A stretch of DNA of 64,000 bases from Octopus sinensis (Eukaryota): contig NC_043016.1 of assembly GCF_006345805.1 (NCBI RefSeq), positions 14,260,001-14,324,000 of the forward strand, given 5' to 3'. Positions 36,831 through 50,019 of this stretch are shown here, piece after piece (the stretch's first letter is position 1; every line of letters starts with the position of its first letter). The position numbers were made by a program, and so were the translations under genes. The notes beneath the pieces were generated by a model that searched no databases, was not told where the DNA came from, and worked only from the letters and a program-made list of their open reading frames with translations.

Positions 36831-38513
36831 AATGCAAGGGTATTTTGGTTGACAGGAAAATCTTTGTGAAGTCCAAATACAAAAATATTTTTTTCTTGTT
36901 AACAATACAAGGATCTTTGTGGTTTTGTCACTGTCCACAATTTTGCTCAAATTGTTTTCAAATTTGGTGTATGGATTAAGTTTTGTATACTAATTATGAA
37001 AATGAAATTCATTTCCCATAAAAATCCATAATTAAAAAGTTATTAGCCTTTAAAATTTGAGTACTTTAAGCCAAACAGAAGTGCCTATTTTACACATCAC
37101 CATGGTGAAGAACTCTGTTTCCATAGTAACCAAAGTAAAGAAGCATCACATGTTCTATAATTGTTTATTTTCATAACAGAAGGAATTCAATTCTAGAATG
37201 ATATAGAGATTTTAGAACAGTGACAAAATGGCCACAACTTTCATTCTTGAATTTTTTTAAACTAATAAATGTCTATTTTAACCAATGTTTTGACTGTTAT
37301 ATCTAGCAACTCCTGTTGGTTTGTTCGTAGCTTTTAAATATTTAATTTGTTCATGAATGTTTTCATGTTTTTCAATGTTTTACTGTAGCTAGTTTAATGT
37401 TTTGACATGCCGGTGCCCCCTTCCACCTCTGATGATGAAAGAGACAGCAAATGTGGTTTTCTGATTGGCTGAAAATTCTGAAAATTACCAAACTTTGAAT
37501 ACCTGTAAAATTTTTGCAAAATTTTTCTGGAATAATTGAATAACAAATTCAGATTCGGTGTCAAAAATTACATCTATGTAATACTTTAAAAATTTTCTTT
37601 AAAGATTTCAACATGCATTGACGAAAACCACAAAGCATCCAAAATGACACTGTTGTTGTTATAAATGACAGAAAAGAGATTAATACCAAGTGAAACAGTT
37701 CATGTGAGATGTGTGTTATGTAATGGTAGTAGCTGTAAATTCTTGCAGCAAGTTAACTTTAGATGTGTCACAACCACTGGTCTCTTACCAGACAAATCAC
37801 TTGTTTATAGCCAATGGCTTGCTAAAAAAACAAGCGCCAAAGACAGAATCGTAAATGAGATTCTCATATGTTGTTTATTCAAAAATGTTCACTACACTGA
37901 AATTCTAATGTTTTTTTCTTTTGCACTATCTACTAAAAATATTGCATTCTAAATGTTTCAAGATCTGAATGGTAAGTCACTAGAAAGAAAATTGTGTTTG
38001 ATGTTTTAAGTCTATTTACATCTAAACAGTGATTTTGAATTCAATTACTATGAAATGAGTTGGTGTTTGGAATTCTGCCAATATTTGTTACAAATACATA
38101 TATTCTAAAAGAAAAACTATGGAGAATATATGTGTATGTATGTGTAAAAGAATTAAATGCCAAACATTTAGAAAGAAGTATTCATGTTGTGTATAAACAC
38201 CTTTGTTATTCAGCTTTCCAAATACACATGTTCTGGACTATTGCATATAGGGAAATGAGATGGTTGGATTATATCCATTGTCTCAGGTGGTCACACTTGG
38301 GAGTCCAGCTGGATAGTGTAATGACAGTCACTTCTGATAGGACTTTATGGAGGACTCTACTGCCAGAACTCTCTTAGGGTTATATAGAAGATGGACGGAT
38401 GTATTGCATAGTTAGTGAATGTAAGGATTGTAGAAATCTACATGAATTCCATGTAGAAACCTGGTCAACAGAATGTCAAAGGAGGAAAATCAGAATCCAT
38501 AATAATTATTTGT

Positions 38514-38830
38514 GGAGGCGCAATGGCCTAGTGGTTAGGGCAGCAGACTCGTAGTCGGAGGACCGCGGTTTCGATTCCTAGACCGGGCATTGTGTGTGTT
38601 TATTGAGCGAAAGCACCTAAAGCTCCACGAGGCTCCGGCAAGGGGTGGTGACAACCCCTGTTGTACTCTTTCACCCCAACTTTCTCTCACTCTTTCTTCC
38701 TGTTTCTTGAGTAATGCTGCGATGGACTGGTGTCCCGTCCAGCTGGGGGGAACACATACGCCATAGAAACTGGGAAACCGGGCCCATGAACCTGGCAAGG
38801 CTTGAAAAGGGCCCATAGAAAACAATAATT
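38514..38830 (+). mobile_element. tRNA-derived SINE with V-SINE-like central motif
   Basis: A box TGGCCTAGTGG, B box GTTTCGATTCC, motif GCGATGGACTGGTGTCCCGTCCAG, AATAATT-like flanks. Confidence 0.65.
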
Positions 38831-39648
38831 TTTATTTAATCCATAGGAAATTCACCACTCAGTTTATTTGTATATTTATCAGAGAGTATAAAAGTAAAGA
38901 GATGAAGGAATGAAGATGATGGTTATGACATCAACTTTATTAAAGGCTACAATTATTTCAATAGTTTGTGGAACCATTTCATCGACTGACACATTGCTTT
39001 GTACTTATAAATATTGTGTAAATCATCATCTTCATCAATTAATGTCTGCTTTCGATGCTGGCATGGGTTGGATGGTTTGACTGAAAACTAGTAAGTCTGA
39101 TTTGGCAATGTTTCTACAGCTGGATACCCTTCCTAACACCAACCACTCCAGGAGAGTAGTAGGTGCTTTTTATGTGCCACCAGCACGGGTGCCATTGATG
39201 TGACACTGGCATCAGTCACAACTGCAATTTCACTTGGTTTGACAGGTCTACACAAGGATAGTATATCACCAAGTGTCTCAGCTGTCGTTATCTCTGAGGC
39301 CCAACACTCAAACGGTACTTTTTACATGCCACCAGCATGGATGCCAGTCAGATAGCTCTGGCATTGGCCACAACTACGACTTCACTTGGCTTAACAGGTC
39401 TTCTCAAGCATAGCATATCACCCAACATTTGAAGGGTGCTTTTTACATGCCCGTTATACAACACTGGCATTGGCCACAACTACAATCTCACTTATCAGCA
39501 AGACCTGTGTAAATCTATACAACAATTAATTAATTAATTATTGAAGTTACTTCCAGGAGATATATTGAGGGATGTTATGTTGCAGGATATCAGATTAAAA
39601 ATTAAATGTCAAACATTCACTCCATGAATGTTTGAATAGATATCTCAG

Positions 39649-40454
39649 TATATTTCTATTTGATGTAGTTTAAACCTGCTTGTACCACTGTCCTGACATG
39701 TCAAGGGTCTGTCAGTGATGGAGAGAAAGAGATTTACTAGATACCCCAGAATTTCAAAGGGATGGCAGTCTGTTACTACAATCTCAGAAATATCAGTAAA
39801 GAGAGAAATTGTAGAATAAAGATTTGTTTAGAGATGAGATTTGAAATAAAATAAAGAAGAGTAGGCAGGTGTGGGTTTGTTAGAATGGAAGCATGGAAGA
39901 AATTAATGCCCACCTTGGTAATCAGGTCAAGATAATATTAGGTCCACTACAAATAAATTAGATACATTTTAGTTAAGAAAGGAGTGATTGGTAAGTTACA
40001 CAAGAAATAATTAAGTCAGGTGTCAGAGAATTAATAGGGTAAGAACACAGCCATGAATATAGTTGAATCAATATAAGTTGGTTAGCATTTATCTTTTACT
40101 TGTTTTAGTCATTAGACTGTGCCCATGCTGGGGCACCGCCTTGGATTTTTAGTCAGATGAATCAACCCCAGGACTTAATTTTTAAACCTGGTACTTATTC
40201 TATCAGTCTCTTTTGCCAAACTGGTAAGTTACAGGAATGCAAACACACCAACACCAGTTGTCAAGAGGTGGCGGGGGGGGGGATATATAGAGACACAGGT
40301 ATATACTGATACTTCTAAGATTGTAGTAAATAGACTGCCATCCCTTTGAAATACTGTTGTATCTAGTAAATTTCTTTCTCTCCATCACTAACAACCTCTT
40401 GACATGTCAGGGCAGTGGAACAGGCAGGGTTAGACTACATCAAATGGAAATATA
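39649..40454. mobile_element. Non-autonomous DNA transposon with about 58-bp TIRs and a nested SINE fragment
   Basis: 39649-39706 is an imperfect reverse complement of 40397-40454. TA ends. Confidence 0.6.
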
Positions 40455-42787
40455 TATATATATATATGACAGGCTTCTTTCAGTTTCTGTCTACCAAATC
40501 CACTCACAAGGCTTTGGTTGGCCTAAGGCTATATAGTTGAAGACACTTGTCCAAGGTGCCATACAGTCGGACTGAACCTGAAACCATGGGAAGTAAGCTT
40601 CTTACCACACAACCACATCTGCGCCTATGTGGAATTTTTATGTGAAAATTTTTAGAAGGCTTTATTAAATAAGTGACAGCAACAGATTAAAAACAAATTA
40701 TAATGATTAATTAAATTAGACTTGCATTTAAGAATTTCTAGCATCTCTATAGAGCACAAATTATGGATACTGCCACCCTCTCTGTATGGATGAATGCTAC
40801 CTATAAATGACCAAAAAATCAAGTAGTTGATATCTTCTTGCGGTCCCAAATGAACTCAGCCAATAAAGTGCATTGTTCTTTTCTTTTGTATTTAAAAAAG
40901 TGAATTTCATCATCATCATCATCATTGACTAACATCCGCCTTCCATGTTTGCATGGGTGGGACAGTTTCACAAGAGCTGGCCAGGCCAAAGCCTGCACCA
41001 AACTTCTGTGACTGTTTTGGCAGTACATTTATACATTAAATTTTAACAGTACATTTATACATTAAATAATCCATCAAACATTGGTTATTTAAAGGGCATT
41101 TCTGATGGTTCTTACAGCTGCACATACTATTAAGTTTGTTGTCATGACTTTATTTTATTAGCGTAAGTTATTACTATAAAGAGATATTGCATTACCATCA
41201 TTATCATTTTTTATATTTTTATATTGTAGGTGACTTGGATTTATTTACTCCTTGAATAATTAAAAGTACATTTGATATTGCTAATGGTATTTTATTTCTT
41301 ACTGTTGGTTTCAGCTATGTTATCCACTAGACTAGATGTAGCGGGATACACCAATTTCATGGTATATCTATTGTATATCTCATTATATCTGTTATTATAG
41401 AAGAATGCTTTTCTAATGCACTAAAGAAAATTCCTGGAATACTTATAGCTACCCAAATTCAATAAAGGGTTTTAAACCATGTGATATTTCTATTGGTTTG
41501 CTGTTATTTATACTAGTTTGATTGGTTTTACATACATTGGTTCCCTTAGAATTATGGGATGTGCAACCATTATTTCCAGGGTTAAATTTGTTATATTTGG
41601 TCTGCTTAATCATACCTAATTAAGGTGTAATTTCTGAATTTTTCAGATATTTGCCAGGGTTTTCAAGAGAAATACTAGAGATACTTAGACAATTTGCTTC
41701 CTTAACTGGAGGGTAATTTTGGTTATTCACTCTGTAGACTGTCGTTTCCTTATTTATTCTACTCCTGTCTATGTTATAAGCACTTATATTCCTATGTCTA
41801 TTATTACACTAATTAATTTTACTTTGATGTTTATTAATATGTTTATGTTCCTGTGAGTGCAGTCCACTGTCCTCAGGTATTTTCTCATTCTCCTCTCAGG
41901 AATATAACAAATCTTCTCAGTATACCTAGGTACCATCCAAAGTATGATGGACTATGCTAGTATAGTACATGAATAATGAGATAGCTGGTGGCAAATAAAA
42001 AGCACCCAACACACTCTGCTAAGTGGTTGGCATTAGCAAGGGTATCCAGCTGTAGAAACCATACCCCAACAGACAGCTGGGGAATGGACAGTTCCCTGCT
42101 GGTTAGCTCCATGTCAGACCGTTCAACCTATGCCAGCAGGGAAAGAGGATGTTAAATGATGATGATGATGATTTTTCCTTCTGAGTAACAGTCTACAAGT
42201 TAATGGAAGAGAGACCTACAAAAAGGATGGACACTTCTTTTGTTTCTTAGACTAAAATATGTGTGTGTATGTGTGTGTGTGTGTGTGTGTATCAGAAGAG
42301 TTTAACATTTAGCATTCAGGTTACTCTGCCTAACGTAATGTTTATTTATTTACAATGTTTTGAATTAATCATTTATCATCTCATAAATTCGGGATTTTGA
42401 TGATGCAATTGTTTATTTTTGGAATGACATTGTATGGTAGGTGTGAGCAGCTGGATTTAACTGGTTTTGACTTAAGACAAGTGAAATATTTGGGCTTGAT
42501 GTGACTGGCTTAAATGCTGCGGCAATAAGCTAGAAACTAAATCAGGAATCCATGAAAAATTATAAAGAAATTTAAAGTGTTTTTGCTTAAAAGCTGCAAC
42601 AGAAAATAACAGTAACTCATTATTTTTAGGACCAATGATAGTAAGTGTGCTACTTGAGTGGTGAGGTAGATATAACTGCTTTCTATTATAGAGAAACATC
42701 CTCTAGCACAATCACTACTTTGAATTAAATTGTTATTTGTATATTTTTAAGCAGTTTAGTTAACGTTTTTCAAACATTTTCTTACAG

Positions 42788-42879
42788 ATTGCTAACATTT
42801 TGAGAAACTACGGACTTGATGATGAAATAATAGGAATCTGTATGCATACAAATGAAACTACACCAGCTATTTTACTTGG
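42788..42879 (+). CDS. AASDH: AASDH coding exon 2 (IANILRNYGLDDEIIGICMHTNETTPAILLG)
   Basis: Acceptor TTACAG|, donor GG|GTATGC. 92 nt, phase 0 to 2. Matches the adenylation A2 region (EIGLYC..PSWILG in human, recalled). Confidence 0.88.
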
Positions 42880-43126
42880 GTATGCTATGATTACTTTAAT
42901 TTTTACTTGGGTATTCCTTTACTTGTTTCAGCCATTTGACTGTGGCCATGCTGGAGCACCACCTTTTAGTTGAGCAAATCGACCCCAGGACTTATTTTTT
43001 GTAAGCCTATTACTTATTCTATCAGTCGCTTTTGCCGAACCGCTAAGTTATGGGGGATGTAAACACCAGAATCGGTAGTCAAGCAATGTTGGGGGACAAA
43101 ACACAGACACACAAACATATATATAT

Positions 43127-43162
<36 letters not shown>

Positions 43163-44730
43163 ACACACACATATATGATGGCTTCTTACATATATATAAT
43201 GGCTTCTTTCAGTTTCCGTCTACCAAATCCACTCGCAAGGCTTTGATCGGCCTGAGGCTATAGTAGAAGACACTTGCCCAAGGTGCCACATAGTGGGACT
43301 GAACCCGGAACCATGTGGTTCGTAAGCAAGCTACTTACCACACAGCCACTCCTAACTTTATAACTTGAGTAGTTATTTACTTCAACTTAATTATATTATG
43401 GCCGTTATTACTTTTTAAAAAGCTGTTTCCTAGATATAAATCTCCTACAAGAAAACCCTACTCTACTCCATCCTCTTCTTTCATACCTTAATTTTCATCT
43501 GCTAGTATGAATCCCATCTCCTTGGGTTTTATTGTCTTGTAAGCTGCATGATGGCCTCACTAGTGCTGATTGTGCAAGAAAAGCACCCAGGGGAGACTGT
43601 CAAGTGTTTAGCATTAGGAAAGGCATTCAGCTGTAGAAACCAAACCAAGGCTGACAGTAGAGTGCAATGCAGTCCTTGGACCCATTAGATTCTGTGGTTG
43701 TGTGACTTTAAATGATGATGTCTAATTAATGTATTGAGTATCTTTCTAAACATGAATGAGTTATTTGAACAGGCAATATACAACCCTTATATATTAAAGC
43801 AACCCCTAAATATTAACCATCTCTCATGTAGCCATGGTTTCAATTATCCAAAGCCCATATGACTGTTTATTGTAAAGTAAGAGATAGATTTTCCTTTTTG
43901 CTTTAAAGTTTGTTTTTGTTTTAAAGCATAATTAATAGATGTCTTACTTGGATTTTTATAAAGTTTTATGGTGTGGTTATGTGGTAAGAAATTTGCTTGC
44001 CAACCACATGGTTCTGGGTTCAGTCTCACTTTGTGACATCTTGGACAAGAGTCCTCTACAAAAGCCTTGTAAATGGATTTGGTAGATGGAAACTGAGAGA
44101 AGCCCATCATATATAAGTGTGTGTGTTTGTAGTTGTCTCCCACCACTACTTGACAACCAGTGTTGGTTTGTTTACATCCTTGTAACTTGTTAGTTTGACA
44201 TAAGAGACAGATAGAATACACATCAGGCTGAAAAATAAGTACTGGAGTTGACTTTTTTGATTAAAACCCTTCAAGGTGGTGCTCCAGCATGGCCACAGTT
44301 CAATGACTGAAACAAGTAAAAGATAAAAGATAGCAAGTGACAACTTAGCTCTATTAAATGTCTTTAGTATGTAACGTTAAAGTTTTTGCCAAAGTGAAGC
44401 AATTAGCAAACTTATATTTCATATTTCATTTTCCTCTTTCTCTTTTTCTTTTATTGTGAGTGTTGTATTAGAAAAAGGAATTAGTCTCAAATTTTAATAT
44501 TTGAGTTTATATCTGAAGAAAACAAAAAACTGTCCCACACAGGGGCAGTTTGTTATTTGACTTCCTTGAGAAATGTCAACAAATTAAACAAAATTTTGCT
44601 TCACAGTTTTTTTGAATCTTAGAATGTTCTGTTGTAAATTGTATTTTGCATTATCTGCCAGTATCAGTTGATTTTGATACTCCATTCTTCTGCCAATGTA
44701 TGAATCTATCTCTTTCACTATGTGTTTCAG

Positions 44731-44848
44731 AATACTCCAGGTTCCAGCTGCATTTTACTTCTTTGAACCTGGTGCCGAGAAGTTTATTCTGAAGTCTTTG
44801 AAGTCACTTAATGCCGCTGTTGTTGTTGTTGACATTTCTTATTTGAAG
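44731..44848 (+). CDS. AASDH: AASDH coding exon 3 (ILQVPAAFYFFEPGAEKFILKSLKSLNAAVVVVDISYLK)
   Basis: Acceptor TGTTTCAG|, donor AAG|GTTTGT. 118 nt, phase 2 to 0. ILQVPAA matches human AASDH as recalled. An alternative donor CAG|GTAGC lies 27 nt downstream. Confidence 0.88.
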
Positions 44849-45338
44849 GTTTGTATATTTTCTAAATCTAAACAGGTAGCAATTACCATATCAAGATTGC
44901 AGAAATATAATTTCAAGCATGGCCATCACCTTGTTGGAATTAAATGTTTTGTTCTACCTTCACATTTAAAATATTTGATTGTTAACCAGCATCACTTTCA
45001 GCTTTATTTTTCATTATACTATACTATATTAGTATTGTTATTTTCTTCTATAAGCTAAAATATATTTCATTGATAAAATAAATGTTTCTATCTATTTATT
45101 CTATTTTTATTTACACCACGTTTTTAACGAGATAAATTTATTATAAACACTAAGTCCTATGTATTAAGTTTAAAGATTTAACAGAATATATTCAATAAGA
45201 TGTTGTGTTTTTATTTTAAGATATACTGTTGAATTTTGTTCGATTTATTAATGTAAAATTATGTATAATTATATATATTTATCTTTTCTTATAAAATAAT
45301 ATATGTACATTTATTTAATTATTTTATTGTTTTTATCT

Positions 45339-45423
45339 TAGACCTGATGAGTGACTATATTTAAATTGAAATGATTTTATTGTAATCAATTTGAAAATAT
45401 AGCCACGAAACACATGTAGTCTA
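45339..45423 (+). ncRNA. Type I hammerhead ribozyme with intact core, sense in AASDH intron 3
   Basis: TAGAC-CTGATGA-GTGACTATATTT...AAATATAGCCAC-GAAA-CACATG-TA/GTCTA. Stem I 5 bp, long stem II with a G10.1-C11.1 pair, minimal palindromic stem III. Predicted cleavage after 45418. Confidence 0.75.
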
Positions 45424-45649
45424 TTTACTAATTATATATTATTTATTTATTATTTCATGCTTTATTTAGTTCTAAGTAAATGTTTTATTCTATCTTTAAT
45501 TTTTTTCTATATGGTATGATTCAAGTATATCATTGTTGAATTGCTCCATGGTGGTTCTTCTCTAATTTATATACATGTATTATATATATATAATGTGTAT
45601 ATATATATTTAATGTGTGTGTGTATATATATATATATATGATATTAGGA

Positions 45650-46150
45650 GGAGAATGCACAGAGAGTGTGATAGCTAGAATAAGAATATGATGGAGGAAA
45701 TTCAAAGAGCTGTTACCTCTGTTGGCCCTGAAAAGTTTCTCTAAGTGAAAGGAGGATTGTATGATGTATTTATACAGACAGCAATTCTACATGGTTAGTG
45801 GATGTAGAGGACATGCGAAGGTTAGAAAGGAATGAGGCTAGTATGCTCTGCTGGATGTGTAATGTAAGTGTACATCTGTGAGAGTGTTAGTGTTTTGAGA
45901 GAGAAGTTAGGCATAAGAAGAATTAGTTGTTGTGTGCAAGAGAGAAGACTGTGTTGGTTTGGTCATGTGATGCAGATGGATGCTGTCAGCTCCATAAAGA
46001 AATGCCAATCTCTAAAAGATGGAACAAGGGGAAGTGGGAGATCCAGGAAGACATGGGATGAAGTACTGAAGAATGACCTCAGAACAATGAACCTTTCGGG
46101 TGAGATGACAAAAGATTGAGATGCTTGGTGCTTTGCTGTACTCAAGACGA
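45650..46150 (+). mobile_element. RTE LINE 3' fragment in AASDH intron 3
   Basis: RRLCWFGHVMQMD...RGSGRSRKTWDEV motif. Confidence 0.8.
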
Positions 46151-46791
46151 CATGTACTCCACAGGAAAAGTGTTACGGCTGGTCCTTCTGGTGGTGAAAA
46201 GCACTTGTGGCGATGCCACGTAGAAGCCCCCAGCACACTCTGTAAAGTGGCTGATGTTAGGAAAAGAGAGAGTGGAAATCAATACTATAAGCGAAGTGAA
46301 AGAAAATGGTTGTGAATTTCTTTGTTTTGAATTCAATGTATATATGCTTTTCTTCTCCCTATCCACACATGCCCACTTACACAGATCTAAATACAAAGTA
46401 ATGTACTACATATATACCCCCTCCCCATATATCTATATGTATGATAAGTAAAAATAGCCACAGGAACTACCCAATAACCCCACAGATCCTTCTGGCTGGT
46501 GTAAATTAATAAATATTCCTTAGCTAAATATTTGATACATACAGCCAGAACACGAACAAAACATTTCCCTGAGGAAACAAACACATGTATTAATATTCCC
46601 CTTAAAATCCATGGATATTGCAAATCATATTTGTAATATCCTATGAATGGGGAATACAAGGAAAGCATGAGGTTTGTGGAAACGCATATAAGAATGCATT
46701 AAAATATTTATGTATTTCCATTGTATATTTTTAATTATTGGCAAAATATGTCACTACACAAACAATAAACGAGTTTATTTTAATTTTTCAG

Positions 46792-47000
46792 GATATAGAA
46801 AACATTTTATTTCTTTTGAATCCAGAAGTGTTGGTATTGATTCCTGAATGGCAGTTGATTGTCATAAAACTGAATGGAGTAAATCGACAGAAGTATTCCA
46901 TCCATCTTGCCTATTGTATCAGCACTTCAGGTTCTACAGGAATTCCTAAAATAGTGAGAGTTCCACATAAATCTATTGTGCCGAATGTAATTCATTTGAG
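46792..47000 (+). CDS. AASDH: AASDH coding exon 4, P-loop (A3) LAYCISTSGSTGIPKIVRVPHKSIVPNVIHLR
   Basis: Acceptor TTTTTCAG|, donor AG|GTAGGT. 209 nt, phase 0 to 2. AMP-binding P-loop TSGSTGIPK followed by the AASDH-typical IVRVPH. Confidence 0.95.
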
Positions 47001-47617
47001 GTAGGTGACTGACATATTGTTGTTTTACTCAAATGAAGCAGACAGATTGTTTTTTAAAAACATATTGCTTTATTTCAATGTCTTAAATATCCTTTTTTTT
47101 TTCAATATTAAATCTCGAGAAGATGGTGAACTGACAGAATTGTTAACTTACTGAGCAAAATGTTTAGTGGTATTTTGTCTGTATTTATGTTATGAGTTCA
47201 AATTCCGCCGAGGTTAACTTTACCTCTCATCCTTTCAAGGGCGATAAAATAAGTACCGGTTGAATACTGGGGTAAATTAAATCGACTCCCTACCTTCCCT
47301 CAACTTGCTGGGCTTGTGCCAAAAATTCGAAGTCAATACTAAATCATGACATTTTTCTTTTCAAGGCACTCTCAAAGGGAGATAACTCATAATATTATAT
47401 TGACACACCATTATACAGTGACCTTCTTTATTTTATGACTCGGACCTTAGTATACATTCAACTAGATGAAAAGTCTAAAAAGTGGGATGTTCCATGTTAG
47501 TAAAACATATACTGTGAATATAGCAAATTTACAGAGGCTAGAAATGAATGAGAAGACCGTGGTTGAGAATATTGATTAAGGGGAGAAGGCATCACTGATT
47601 TGGATTTGTAATGTAAA

Positions 47618-48127
47618 TCTATATATATAAAACTGTAGTTGTGTGAGTGTCTACGATTTAGATTCCTAACTCCTCCCACATTTTGCAGTGCAGTTTAACC
47701 AAATTCGGGTATCTTATAGTCGTGATTCATATCGAGCCCGTCTGAGTATTAGCGCGTGTCTACGATGAGTCTACGATTTAAAAAATAATTTAACATCATT
47801 TTTTATTCCATTTTAATGCATAATTTTTCGTGTGTCAATGGCGGCGGAGTTGGCGTCCACGCTCAAACACCTGCACCTGTGTTTGCTTCTCCCCCTTCTT
47901 CTCTCCCTCGTGAAGCTGTGGGGAAGGGAGTTTAAGGAAATCAACATCGTAATGCGTTGTCAAGGAGACCAGCGTTCTTTTAGAACAACGACTTTATGGC
48001 TTGAAGACACCAAAACAGAAATGGCTAAGAAAGCCCGAATTGGCATCTATAAGGGAAGTAACTCTCGAAAAATGCTTATATAGTTATTTCCCTTACAAAC
48101 CCGAGCAACGCCGGGCGATACTGCTAC
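47618..48127 (+). mobile_element. Non-autonomous Helitron in AASDH intron 4
   Basis: A|TC 5' end, subterminal hairpin CCCG-AGCAACGC-CGGG (48100-48115), 3' end CTAC|T (CTAG variant), no TSD. Confidence 0.72.
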
Positions 48128-49567
48128 TTGCTTATAAACCTTTTTCTAGCAATGGGCTTTATGAGATATTCGTGCTCTTTGTTTTACATCTACTTTGCAA
48201 TGCTAGCATGGGTTGGACAGGTTGTGAGATGCCCTTCCTGTCACCCATTTCTTAATTTCAGGACAGCCTTTGAGATATTGAGATGTCTGGCACGTAAAAA
48301 GCACCCACTACACTCACGGAGTGGTTGGCGTTAGGAAGGGCATCCAGCCGTAGAAACATTGCCAGATCAGACTGGGCCTAGTGCAGCCTTCTGGCTTCCC
48401 AGACCCCAGTTGAACCGTCCAACCCATGCTAGCATGGAAAGCAGACGCTAAACGAAGATGATGATGATGATGATGAAATCAAATTGCACCAATAAAATTA
48501 TATTTTGTGTAGTACATTTTCGTTGTTTGATAAATTGAGTAATTGCCCTGCACATCAACTATTGATTGAGAGACAAGGAGCATGAAGGAAGGAGAAAAAG
48601 AAATAAAGCTGTTGAAATTAACAGTCAAGCCTGAAGATTCTGTAACAGAATTTTAGTTAAAAGTTATGCTTATGCAATCTTGACATTATATGGGCCTTCA
48701 TCATCATCATCATCATCGCTTAACGTCCATTCTCCATGCTAGCATGGGTTGGACGGTTCAACCGGGGATCTGGGAAGCCAGAAGGCTGCACCAGGCTCCA
48801 GTCTGATCTGGCAGTGTTTCAAACTCATAAAGTACCACCTGTAATTAGAGTGCCACTGGCCACTCAAACCTGCTTTTTTTTTTCGTTGTCTTCTTAATCA
48901 TTAACGATTGATTAGCAAAATAGCTGATCACAAATTATTCATTCTTCTCATTTGATCAGGTTTGAATCAATCTTGAGTTCACAATTCAAAGCTCATCAAC
49001 AACAAAATTATGGGCCAATACTCTCAATGGCAATATATTTACTCCTTAGACAAGATACATAACTCTGCTTTCCTCGTTTTCATCATAAAGCTTATTAAAT
49101 ATTTAAGAACAAACACACACATACACACACAAAAAAGAAAACTGCATAAAAGAGAAATAAGGGAAGGAAGTTACATTCAATTTTCTTGATTTGCAAGAAT
49201 TGTCATTTCAGTATTAGATTCTATATTTCTGAATTCTGACTGTAAGTGCTAAACAAACTACTAGGATGTAACATTATTCAATGATACCTTTTCAGTTTTG
49301 GGATGAGGATATAAAATACCATTAAAAGTTTATATTTAAATAATACTTTAAAGCTATGATATCTAATTGAAACTAAAATCCAACAATGCACACACACAAC
49401 ACTAAACAAGACTAGATTTATTTTGTTGTTGCTGTGTGAACAGGACTATCCATAACAGCTTAGAAAGTAGGAATAAAATGATGATGAAATTTATAATATT
49501 TGTTTGACAATGTTGTACTTGTATGTGTATTTTATTGAACCATGTCGTTTTATTTCTAACCAACCAG

Positions 49568-49760
49568 GAAACTGTTTAATATCACTTCCAATGATTTGCT
49601 ATTTTTGGCTGCTCCTCTGACATTCGACCCAAGCATCATTGATATCTTTACGTCTTTAAGTTGTGGAGCAAGATTATTAATAACATCAAACCAAATAAAA
49701 ATCTTGCCTTGGAAACTTGCTAAAATGCTTGGAAATCACTATCATGTAACAGTTCTTCAG
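49568..49760 (+). CDS. AASDH: AASDH coding exon 5, A4 motif (FLAAPLTFDPSIIDIF...HVTVLQ)
   Basis: Acceptor AACCAG|, donor CAG|GTATGT. 193 nt, phase 2 to 0. Confidence 0.95.
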
Positions 49761-49970
49761 GTATGTATGATTATTCTGTACCGTTTTACAAGTAGCAAAT
49801 GAGAAAGGCACAGGGGTGTGATTGTGTGGTAAGAAGCTTGCTTCCCAACCACATGTTTCTGGGTTCAGTCCCACAGCATGGTACTCTGGGTCAGTATTTT
49901 CTACTATAGCCTTGGGCTGACCAAAACCTTGTGAATGAATTTGGTAGATGGAAACTGAAAAAAAGCCTGT

Positions 49971-50019
<49 letters not shown>

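Noticed and set aside
41250-41900. CR1/L2 3' fragment on the - strand
   Set aside because: Only a faint RKAFFYNNR-like motif, too degenerate to call.
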